Part shown: positions 28,768-36,974 of the stretch, piece by piece
Layout of the letters: every line of letters begins with the position of its first letter
How positions within the stretch are numbered: position 1 is the first letter of the stretch
NCBI GenBank assembly: GCA_035548155.1
Contig: DASZUD010000231.1
Coordinates: 5,986-69,985, forward strand
Length of the DNA stretch: 64,000 nucleotides
Direction: 5' to 3'
Source of the DNA: Polyangia bacterium
GTDB taxonomy: Bacteria > Myxococcota_A > Polyangia > Fen-1088
Translations under genes and position numbers: made by a program
Notes under the pieces: generated by a model
The model's input: the letters and a program-made list of their open reading frames with translations, nothing else
Told to the model about the DNA's origin: nothing
The model's database searches: none

Positions 28768-30962
28768 TCTCCACCGCCCGCGGGCGTCAGGACGAACGGA
28801 TACGAGACGATGACGATACCGCCGCCGAGGGGCTTCGGGAACTCCCAGCGACGAACCGCCTGCACCGTGCAGTTCTCGACGCGGGCGTTGCCCATCGTCG
28901 AGTTCTGGAGGACCGAAGCGATGACCTGACCGGACGCCGCGATGGTGAACTGCACCATGATGCGGCCGCCGAGGTCGGGCTTCTTCGTGAGCTCCTGCTC
29001 ATAGCAGTACTTCACCTCGTTGATGTGGCGGCGGATGATGCGGCGGATGATCTCCTTGTCGAGCGAGCCGCGCACGGCCGCCTGACCCGGGATGACGTCC
29101 GGCGCCTTCGCGCGACGGCCGCCGAGGCCGCCGGCGCCGCGGCCGTAGCCGCTGCCGTTGCCGCCGCCGCCGCCCTTGCCGATCGTCCCCAGGTTGCCGA
29201 GGCCGATCGTGCCCTCGCCCGTACCGCCGCCGCCCGAGCCCGTGCCGACCAGGCCGAGACCGCCGACGCCGTAGGCCTCGCCGATCTGGTTGCCGATGAG
29301 GCCGCCCAAGACGTCCTCCGCGTCGTTGCCCAGGGCCGAATCCCGTCCAAAGATGGACGCGATGTGCGAGCCCTCGTTCATCTTGAGGACGCCGAGGATG
29401 CCGGCGTTCTTCGCCTGCTCCTCAGCGAGCTTCTTGGCGAGGTGCGGATCGGGGTTGTCCTTCGGACCCTTGAGGCCGTAGAGACCCTCCTTGTTCTTGG
29501 AGGTCTTCTTGCCCATCTTGCCTTCTTCGCCCTTGTGGCGCTTGCCCTTGCCGCCCTGCTCCTCGTTCTTCTTCGACTTGAGCCACTCGGGGATGTCCTC
29601 TTCCTTCTCCTCCGGCGGCTTGATGAGGAACTTCACGAAGCGGTTGTCGGAGTTGAAGAGGTCGAGCGAGAGCGACTTCGGGTCCGGCGGGACCGAGAAG
29701 ATCATGAGGAGGAACAGCAGCAGCGCGACGCTGGAGCCGACCGTGTAGATCTGCTCGTCCCACTTCCACGTGAGGAAGGGAACCTCGAGCGCGCGCGGGC
29801 GGTTCGTCGCCGAGACGAGGAACGTCGACTCGCCGCAGTCCAGCTTGGCGCGGGCGCCCTGGGGCAGCGAGAAGCTCGAGCCGCGCTGGGCGATGAACTG
29901 CTGCAGCGGGTAGAGCTGGTTGTCGACGTACACCTCGCCGGTCATGCGGGGGGTGACGTTGACCACGTAGTCGGCGCCCGTCGCCGCGACCAGCGGGTGC
30001 GAGGGCGAGGGCACGAACTCGGGCGACACCGGCGCGTCGACGCCCGAGTCGGAGCCGATGATGAAGTTCGGGCTGGTCTTGCCGCGGCGCTTGAGGCCCA
30101 TGTACGAGAGCGCGATGCCGGCGGCGAAGCCACCGAACACCAGAACGCCCGGAAGCGGCGAGCGCGTCTTCCACGTGAACGTCTTCGCCTCGTTGCCCGA
30201 CGCCGTCCACTGCTCATAGGCGGCCTTCTCGGCGCCGACGTCCATGGCCGTGGCGACGAACACGATGAGCGCGAGCGCGGCGGCGGCGATGCCGCCGTAC
30301 ATCATCGACGTGCCCTGGCCGTGCGTGCTCTTGCCCTCGGGGTTGAAGAGGTGGCGCGTGCCCGTGACGACGCCGCGGAAGACCGTCTGGACCTCCATGG
30401 CGCGCGAGCCGTCCATCACCTCGACGTCGGCGCTGCCGCCACCCATCGAGGCGCCGTAGCCGCCAGCACCGGGCGGGGGCGCGAAGCCGCCGCCAGCGGG
30501 CGCGGCCGCCGCGAAGGGCTGCGGAGCCGACGGCACGTAGCCGGGAGGCGGCGCGAAGCCACCGGGAGGCGGCGCGATGCCCAGGCTCGTCTTCTGGCCC
30601 ACACGAGGACCGGACGGAGGGGCGGCCGGCGGCGGCGTCAGCTGCGCGGCGGCGTCGAGGAACGTGACGCGCACGCGGCTGTCGCCGAACATGATCTCGT
30701 CGTTCGAGTTGAGCTTCGCCTTGCTGATGCGCTCGCCGTTGACCAGCGTGCCGCGCGTCGAGCCGAGGTCGATGATGTGGATCTCATCGGGCCCCGTGAC
30801 CTCGATGACGGCATGCATGCGCGACACCGTCTCGTCGTCGATCCGCAGGTGCGACGAGGCCAGCTTCCCGACCTTGATCACATCCTGAGCGAGGGTCTCT
30901 TCGCGAACGAGCGCGTCCCCCTTGTAGATCTCGAACTTGATGGGGACCTTCACGTCGGCCAT
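28764..30962 (-). CDS. FHA-domain protein with a TonB-C-like AgmX/PglI-type C-terminal domain (PglI/GltG-like).
   Basis: An N-terminal FHA domain is present (SRMHAVIEVTGPDEIHIIDLGSTRGTLVNGERI). A Pro-rich linker and one transmembrane segment follow. The C-terminus reads LDKEIIRRIIRRHINEVKYCYEQELTKKPDLGGRIMVQFTIAASGQV, typical of the myxobacterial AgmX/PglI C-terminal domain. Confidence 0.85.
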   Translation of the reverse strand: MADVKVPIKFEIYKGDALVREETLAQDVIKVGKLASSHLRIDDETVSRMHAVIEVTGPDEIHIIDLGSTRGTLVNGERISKAKLNSNDEIMFGDSRVRVTFLDAAAQLTPPPAAPPSGPRVGQKTSLGIAPPPGGFAPPPGYVPSAPQPFAAAAPAGGGFAPPPGAGGYGASMGGGSADVEVMDGSRAMEVQTVFRGVVTGTRHLFNPEGKSTHGQGTSMMYGGIAAAALALIVFVATAMDVGAEKAAYEQWTASGNEAKTFTWKTRSPLPGVLVFGGFAAGIALSYMGLKRRGKTSPNFIIGSDSGVDAPVSPEFVPSPSHPLVAATGADYVVNVTPRMTGEVYVDNQLYPLQQFIAQRGSSFSLPQGARAKLDCGESTFLVSATNRPRALEVPFLTWKWDEQIYTVGSSVALLLFLLMIFSVPPDPKSLSLDLFNSDNRFVKFLIKPPEEKEEDIPEWLKSKKNEEQGGKGKRHKGEEGKMGKKTSKNKEGLYGLKGPKDNPDPHLAKKLAEEQAKNAGILGVLKMNEGSHIASIFGRDSALGNDAEDVLGGLIGNQIGEAYGVGGLGLVGTGSGGGGTGEGTIGLGNLGTIGKGGGGGNGSGYGRGAGGLGGRRAKAPDVIPGQAAVRGSLDKEIIRRIIRRHINEVKYCYEQELTKKPDLGGRIMVQFTIAASGQVIASVLQNSTMGNARVENCTVQAVRRWEFPKPLGGGIVIVSYPFVLTPAGGGE

Positions 30963-31089
30963 GGGCGTGCTCCTCTAGGGTTGCTCGAACCTAGAAGTCG
31001 CTTCGAAGGGCCGTCGGATTCAGGTCCCACTCGTGGAGCCTCGAGAGGCGCCTCGACAACGGCGCGCCCGGAGGCCTCCAACGAGTCGC

Positions 31090-31126
31090 GGGGCGAGGCC
31101 CCGCGGGAGGGTTTGGGAACCCTCCC
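31090..31126 (-). other. Intercistronic stem-loops (ggggc-gag-gcccc and gggagggtt-tggg-aaccctccc) immediately after the GltF-like stop codon.
   Basis: Perfect 5-bp and 9-bp stems are seen in the sequence. They sit 13-49 nt downstream of the 31139 stop on the minus strand and 130 nt before the FHA gene. Confidence 0.3.
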
Positions 31127-31138
31127 AGGGTTCCCGTC

Positions 31139-31414
31139 CTAAACGTCTTCGAGAGACTTCAACATCTCGGGGATGAAATCTTTCCGGATCTCGATGAGGC
31201 TGGAGTGCTCCGTCTTCTTCAAGGAGTTGACCAGCTCGCCGTCGGGACGCTGCAGGTCGCCTTCGACCATGTCGTCCTCGAAGTCGTAGACGGTCTTCGC
31301 CTTGTACTGCACGCCGTCGTCGCCACCGCCGGCAGCCGGCTTGTCAGCTGCGAAGGCGCGGCCAGAGGAAACCCCGACGAGTCCGAGAAGAGCCATTCCA
31401 ATGATGAGCTTCAT
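31139..31414 (-). CDS. Small secreted protein (91 aa, GltF-like by position).
   Basis: A signal peptide MKLIIGMALLGLVGVSSGRAFA is present, followed by an acidic mature region. Its position between the AglT-like and PglI-like genes is the same as gltF. Confidence 0.6.
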   Translation of the reverse strand: MKLIIGMALLGLVGVSSGRAFAADKPAAGGGDDGVQYKAKTVYDFEDDMVEGDLQRPDGELVNSLKKTEHSSLIEIRKDFIPEMLKSLEDV

Positions 31415-31613
31415 GTCGCTTCTCCTTGCGGGGAACCTGACGGCGGGTATTCAGACAACCGACAGGCTCTCCAGTTCCGAAGAATCTTACTCCGGTGAAC
31501 TTTTTTTTCTCAGCTGGGCCGATATTACCGACGAGAGCGCTGGCTTCGCCAGCGTGGCGATGCGTCAAGCCGACCGGGTGGGGGCGGCGGGAGGACCTTA
31601 GGCCCCCCTGCCC

Positions 31614-33356
31614 TCACTTCTTCTTGCCCTTCTTCTTGCCGCCGCCGTCGGCCGGAGCCGAGGCGCCGTCAGTCCCAGGAGCGGCCGGTGCAGTGGCAGC
31701 AGGCGGCTCGGTGCCGGGCTTGGCGTCGCCACCGGCTTTGGCCTTCTCGGCAGCGGCCTTGTCGGCTGCCTCCTGGGCCTCCTGCTTCTTCATCTGCTCT
31801 TCCATCTGCTTCTGCTGCTCTTCGGCCTTCTTCTGCATCTCCTCGGCCTCGGCCTGCATCTTCGCGGCCTCGTCGAGGGCGACGTAGATCTCGTCGATGT
31901 CCTTGATGCGCTTCTCGGCGTCGCGCTTGAGGCCATCGGGCGTCGAGCCGGTCGCGTGCGAGAGGAACTGGCGGTAGTAGTCCTGCGCCTGGTGCAGCGC
32001 CGGCTTCTGGCCGTCCTTGTAGTCCTGATACAGCAGCCCGAGGTTGTAGTAGCTCGACGGGTTCGCCGAATCGAGCTTCTGCGCCGCCTTGTACTGCGAT
32101 TCGGCGTCGTCGATCTTCTTGTTGCCGCGCAGCGCGACGCCGAGGCCGATCGCGGCCTCGTAGTTCTTCGGCTGCATCTTCAGGGCCTCGCGGAAGTTCT
32201 CCTCGGCAGTGCCGTAGTCGCGGTTGTTGAGCGACAGGGCCGCCAGGTTGAGGCGCGCCTCGGCCAGCGTCGGATCCAGCGCGACCGCGTCCTTGAACTG
32301 CTTGATCGCGGGGCTGATGTTCTTCTTCTTCAGCTCGACGAGGCCCAGCGTGTTGTGCACCACGGCGAGCTGCTTCTTCATCTCGGGGGTGACGCCCGTG
32401 CCGGCCTCGCGCACGTCGACCGACTTCACGCCGGGCTCGTCGCCTTCCTTCTCCTTGCCCTTCCCCTTCGCGCCCTTGCCCTTCCCCTTGCCCTTTCCGT
32501 CCTCGGCGTCGCCGCCCGGCTGCTTCTCTTCCTCGAACTTGCCGGTCGCGATCTCGTCCGCCTTCTTGATGGCCTGGTTGCCGACCAGCTTGGCCATCTC
32601 GAGCATGTTCATGTCGTAGTAGATGAACGCCAGCGTCGAGAACGCCTGCAGGTTGTTGCTGTCGATCGCGAGGACCGTGCGCAGGTTGCTGACCGCTTGC
32701 TGGACGTACTGCTTCTTCTCGTCCGGGCCCGCGCGGCGCGCCTTGTCGCGAAGGATCTGCGCCAGGTTGTTGCGCGCCTCGACCGTGTGCAGCGGATCGA
32801 CGTCGATCGCGCGCATGAAGTACGACTCCGCCTTGCCGGTGTCGCCGTTCTTCCAGGCGACGTAACCCAGGTTCGCGATCGCCGGCCCGTACTTGGGCAT
32901 CTTCTCCCAGATCGAGATGGCGTCGTCCTCTTTGCCGCACTCGGCGAGCACGGCGCCCTGGTTGAAGCGCGCCTCGACGAGGGCCGGGTTCTCGTCGGCC
33001 GCGTTCTTGAACGCGTTCGCGACGCTGCGGCACTCCGAGCCCGAGAGCCCGCCCGACTTCTTGGCTTCGAGGTACTGCTTCGTCGCCTTCTCGAAGTCGG
33101 CGCGCGCGTCGGCGCTGATCTGGCGCTTGGCCTCCTTCGGGATGATCTCGGACGCGTTCGGCTTGTTCTCACCGCCGATGAGGCCGTCTTCGCCTCCCGC
33201 CGACTGCGAAGACGGGATCTGCGTCGAGCCGCAGGCCGAGAGGGTCAGGGCCAGGCCGAGGGCCAGGCCCGACATTCCCGCGGACTGCCCGAGGCGCGTG
33301 GGGAGCAGGTTCTTCTTCATCGTGTTCTCCACCTGGGTCCTCATGGCGACGCTCAC
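31614..33356 (-). CDS. TPR-repeat lipoprotein with a C-terminal Lys/Glu-rich coiled coil (AglT/GltE-like).
   Basis: A lipoprotein signal (LALTLSAC) is present, with several TPR units and a basic KKKGKKK tail. The track start is GTG at 33356, overlapping the upstream stop in an ATGA-like arrangement. An ATG alternative lies at 33320 (MKKNLLP). Confidence 0.8.
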   Translation of the reverse strand: MSVAMRTQVENTMKKNLLPTRLGQSAGMSGLALGLALTLSACGSTQIPSSQSAGGEDGLIGGENKPNASEIIPKEAKRQISADARADFEKATKQYLEAKKSGGLSGSECRSVANAFKNAADENPALVEARFNQGAVLAECGKEDDAISIWEKMPKYGPAIANLGYVAWKNGDTGKAESYFMRAIDVDPLHTVEARNNLAQILRDKARRAGPDEKKQYVQQAVSNLRTVLAIDSNNLQAFSTLAFIYYDMNMLEMAKLVGNQAIKKADEIATGKFEEEKQPGGDAEDGKGKGKGKGAKGKGKEKEGDEPGVKSVDVREAGTGVTPEMKKQLAVVHNTLGLVELKKKNISPAIKQFKDAVALDPTLAEARLNLAALSLNNRDYGTAEENFREALKMQPKNYEAAIGLGVALRGNKKIDDAESQYKAAQKLDSANPSSYYNLGLLYQDYKDGQKPALHQAQDYYRQFLSHATGSTPDGLKRDAEKRIKDIDEIYVALDEAAKMQAEAEEMQKKAEEQQKQMEEQMKKQEAQEAADKAAAEKAKAGGDAKPGTEPPAATAPAAPGTDGASAPADGGGKKKGKKK

Positions 33357-36300
33357 TTGCCCTTACCCGCCGAGACGGTCTCCGACAGCTCCGGGATGAC
33401 CGGCGTCGGCGACATGTTCGTCGAGACGTAGCCAGCCTCGGGCTTGACCTCCGAGGAGAGCGGGTACTCGGACGGCTTCATCTGGTTCAGCTCGCGCTCG
33501 CAGAGGCGCGACCACTCGTTGTACCAGGACTGCTCCGTCGCCGCTTTGAGGCACTTCTCGAACCCGTCGACGGCCTTCGACTCGATCGGTTCGGCCTTGT
33601 CTTCGAGCGCGTCGCAGAAGATCTGGCGAGGCTGATTGCCCCACTCGTCCTGCTCCTTGAGGTCCTTCGGAATCTCGGCCGTGTACAGCTGGCCGGCGAA
33701 GTCGCTGTAGATCTGGCCGACGCGCGCCGCGGACGCGATCGTCCACTGGGCCTGCTTCATGCCGAACACGTCGAGGTACTGCGTGCGCGCCTTCTCGAGG
33801 GCCTTGGCCTTCTCGTCCAGGTAGGCCGTGAACTTCTTGCCCGACTCTTCGGCCTTCTTCTTCTTCGCGGCCGCCTTCTTGGGCGTGTCGTAGGACGACG
33901 GCTGCTGGAAGTCGAGGCCCTCCGGAAACTTGATGCGGAGGAAGTTCTCGTACGACGACTCGGCCAGGTAGAACGCCGAGCCCGCGACGGCGTAGGCCGC
34001 GAGCCCCGCCCGCGCCTCGACGTCCTTGCCCGTGATCTTCGAGGCCGCGGCGCCCTTGTTCCAGATCTTGAGGACGGCCTGGAAGTGCTCCTGCGCCTTC
34101 GACGCCTGTGCCTTGCTGCGGTCGAAGAGGTTGATCTTCGACTTGGTCGGAGGGCCGCACTGCGTGCGCGACTTTTCGTGCAGCTTCTTGCCCTTCTTCA
34201 GCTTCTTGTTGAGGTCGGCGAGGACCTTCTGGCGGCCCGTCGCCGAGACGCGCTTGACCTCGAGGCAGGCGCCGTCTTCCGAAGCCTTCGGGCACGACGC
34301 CTTCCAGGCCATCTCGCCCAGCTTGAAGTGCGCGAGGATCTGACGATCGGGGCCGCCCTGCGCGCCCCACGTCTTGAGATAGCTCTCGAGGTGCTTGGCC
34401 AGCTCGTCCTTGCGGCCGTCCTTCTCGTAGACGTCGCCCATCTGGAAGTACACGCCGGCTGCGTCCTGCGGCTTGCGCTTGCCGTAGAAGTCGACGAACG
34501 ACTTCATATCGGTCAGGGCGCGGTCGCCCTCGCCCAGGCCGATGCGGAACGTCGTCGCGTTGCCGAGCGCGTCCGTGGCCTTCTTCTCACCCGGGAACTT
34601 CTTGGCGAAGTCCTCGTAGTAGTCCGACGCCTTCGAGTAGTAGGCGAGCTGGTGGTACCCGGCGGCCACGCGGAAGAGCGCCTTCTGCGCCAGCGGATCC
34701 TTCTCGTGATCCTTGATGAGCTGGAGGCGCGCCTTCAGCGCCTGGCCGACGAGGTGCGCATTCTGGAAGCACTGGCCGGCGTTCCAGAGGCGCTCCGCGT
34801 GCTTCGGGTGTTCGGGCAGCGACTCGGCCGCGGCCAGCATCGAACGGCCGCACTCCTTGTAGTTGTGCAGCTTCTCGAACTCGTGGCCTTCCATGTCGTA
34901 CGTGTCCGAGCGCAGCGAGATCATCTGCTTGCCGAACTCGGGATCCTTCATGAGGCACTGCTTGTCGAGGAACTTGTCGACGTTCTCGACGACCTCCTTC
35001 GTCTTCCCGAGCGCGTTGAGCGAGTCGAGGAGGAGGTTGGCCGAGTAGATCGCGAGCTCGTCGTCACAGTGCTTGTCGACGATCTCCTGAAAGAGCGGCG
35101 CGGCCTCCGCGAAGTGGTTGTACTCGTAGAAGATGCGCGCGCGACGGTACATGATCGTGACCGTCTCCTTCGCGTCGGGCACGTACTTCAGGTACGTGTC
35201 GAACGCGTTGATCATCTTCTGCTGGTACTCGGGGATCTTCAGCGGCTCGAGCTTCGTGCTCTGCTGGCCGTTTTCCTTCTTGTCGTTGCGCGACGCCTCG
35301 ACCTGATCCTTCTGCTCGTGGTCGTCGACGTTCAGGGCGTTCTTCCACGCGAGCACGGCCGCGTAGGCGGCGTCCTTCACGTACTTGCCCTTCGGGTTCA
35401 TCTCCACGACCTTCGTGTACTGCTCGGCGGCGTCCTTCCAATTCTCGAGCGTCCACAAGAGCTCCCCGTAGTAGAAGCCCATGTCGTAGGCGTCCTTGTC
35501 CTGCGGGAAGTGGTCGAGGAAGACCTTGTACACGTACTTGTCGAGCGCGTACGTGTCGCTGTTCTTCGTGCGCTGGGCTTCCTTGTGCCAGATGAGCGCC
35601 AGCTCCTTGGCCGTGTCGTGGAAGGAGTTACGGCACTCCTCCATCTGGTCCTTCTTCACGCCGCCCTTCATCTCGCCGACCTTGTCGTAGACGGCGCCGA
35701 GGCGTTCGATCTCCTGGACCTGATCCTTCTTCGTGCCCGCCGAAAGCGTGTTGCGGACGATCTTGTTTTGCCACTCGCAGATGCGCGGCGAGTCCATGTT
35801 CATGGAGATCACCTTGCGGTACACGCGCGTCGAGTCGCCGAACTGGCCCTGCTCCCAGTAGAGCTCGGCCAGGCCTTCCATCATCTTCGGCGCGAAGTCG
35901 CCGCCCACGCGCTGGAAGAACTCCCAGGCCTTGTCCGGGCCGCCGACGTGGGCGTACGCCTTGACGATGTCCTTCTTCGCTTCCTTCTCGAGCGACTTGG
36001 CCTGGTTCGCGTTCACGTTGGCGCGGTGCTCCTGCACCATGCGCACGACGCCGACGAACGTCTCGAGGGCGGTCTTGTAGTCGCCCTGGTTCACGTAGCA
36101 CCACCCCTTCTTGTAGACGGCGTAGGGGTAGACGCTGGACTTCGGGAACTGCTCGACCTTCTCGTAGAACTTGAGGGCCGCGTCCATCTCGGCCTTGTCG
36201 AAGTAGAACTCGGCGAACGACAGGTAGGCGTCCGGGATGTACTTCGAGTTCGGGTAGTCCTTGATGAGGCGGAGGAAGAACTCGCGCGCCTGGTCCTCCT

Positions 36301-36916
36301 TCTTCACCGAGGTGAGGAGGTAGGCGAGCTTGAAGAGCACCTCATCCATGCGCTCGTACTTCTTGAACTTGGTCGCCTGGACGTACGACTTGACGGCCTC
36401 GAGCAGCCACTTCTGCTGGTCGCTCTCGTACTTCTTCTGCTGGTTCTGAAGAGTCGCCTTCTGCGCGGGCGGCGCGTCGAAGATCTTCTGATCGAGCGCG
36501 CGCGCCTGGTTGAAGTTGTAGCGCTGCTTCTCCGCGTAGAGCTCGGCGAGGCGGAAGTGGAAGTCCGGCTTCTGCGGATCGTCGTCCTGCGTGACCTGGA
36601 TGAGGCGACGCATCTTGATGATCTGCGCGTCGACCAGCTTCTGGATCTCGCCCTGCTTCTGGAAGATGAACTGGTCGACCGTGATGGTCGGGCCCGTCTC
36701 CTTCTGCTTCGGCGGCGGAGCCTGAGGCTTCGTCAGGTTCGTCTGCTGAACGCCCTGGACCTCCTTCTCCTGCTTCTGGTAGCGAGCCTTGCCGCTGTTT
36801 GCCGGCGTCGTCTGTTCACCGCCCGCGGCCAGCGCCATCGACGGCGAGGCGACCGTCAAGGTCGCCGTCAGCGCGAGCGCGCAAGTCCGCAGGGTGGACC
36901 GGAGCTGGTGCTTCAT
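33353..36916 (-). CDS. Large secreted TPR protein of 1187 aa (AgmU/GltD-like).
   Basis: Track ORF 33353..37180 has an R/P-rich 88-codon extension. The start is chosen at MKHQLRSTLRTCALALTATLTVASPSMALA (signal peptide). TPR-like repeats run throughout. Its size and first-in-operon position match agmU. Confidence 0.85.
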   Translation of the reverse strand: MKHQLRSTLRTCALALTATLTVASPSMALAAGGEQTTPANSGKARYQKQEKEVQGVQQTNLTKPQAPPPKQKETGPTITVDQFIFQKQGEIQKLVDAQIIKMRRLIQVTQDDDPQKPDFHFRLAELYAEKQRYNFNQARALDQKIFDAPPAQKATLQNQQKKYESDQQKWLLEAVKSYVQATKFKKYERMDEVLFKLAYLLTSVKKEDQAREFFLRLIKDYPNSKYIPDAYLSFAEFYFDKAEMDAALKFYEKVEQFPKSSVYPYAVYKKGWCYVNQGDYKTALETFVGVVRMVQEHRANVNANQAKSLEKEAKKDIVKAYAHVGGPDKAWEFFQRVGGDFAPKMMEGLAELYWEQGQFGDSTRVYRKVISMNMDSPRICEWQNKIVRNTLSAGTKKDQVQEIERLGAVYDKVGEMKGGVKKDQMEECRNSFHDTAKELALIWHKEAQRTKNSDTYALDKYVYKVFLDHFPQDKDAYDMGFYYGELLWTLENWKDAAEQYTKVVEMNPKGKYVKDAAYAAVLAWKNALNVDDHEQKDQVEASRNDKKENGQQSTKLEPLKIPEYQQKMINAFDTYLKYVPDAKETVTIMYRRARIFYEYNHFAEAAPLFQEIVDKHCDDELAIYSANLLLDSLNALGKTKEVVENVDKFLDKQCLMKDPEFGKQMISLRSDTYDMEGHEFEKLHNYKECGRSMLAAAESLPEHPKHAERLWNAGQCFQNAHLVGQALKARLQLIKDHEKDPLAQKALFRVAAGYHQLAYYSKASDYYEDFAKKFPGEKKATDALGNATTFRIGLGEGDRALTDMKSFVDFYGKRKPQDAAGVYFQMGDVYEKDGRKDELAKHLESYLKTWGAQGGPDRQILAHFKLGEMAWKASCPKASEDGACLEVKRVSATGRQKVLADLNKKLKKGKKLHEKSRTQCGPPTKSKINLFDRSKAQASKAQEHFQAVLKIWNKGAAASKITGKDVEARAGLAAYAVAGSAFYLAESSYENFLRIKFPEGLDFQQPSSYDTPKKAAAKKKKAEESGKKFTAYLDEKAKALEKARTQYLDVFGMKQAQWTIASAARVGQIYSDFAGQLYTAEIPKDLKEQDEWGNQPRQIFCDALEDKAEPIESKAVDGFEKCLKAATEQSWYNEWSRLCERELNQMKPSEYPLSSEVKPEAGYVSTNMSPTPVIPELSETVSAGKGK

Positions 36917-36974
36917 CGTTCGATTCTCCACGGATGATTTCTCCACGGTGAAGGACATCGCCTGACTGCTGACG

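Noticed and set aside
31490-31512. A plus-strand T9 run (gaacttttttttt) that could be a rho-independent terminator.
   Set aside because: No convincing upstream GC stem is present. No plus-strand gene ends there. On the relevant minus strand it reads as an A-run.
34085-36937. A 950-aa plus-strand ORF. ORFs 33363..34370 and 35628..36104 were also noticed.
   Set aside because: They are antisense or off-frame to the AgmU-like gene and have L/R/E/V-rich monotone composition.
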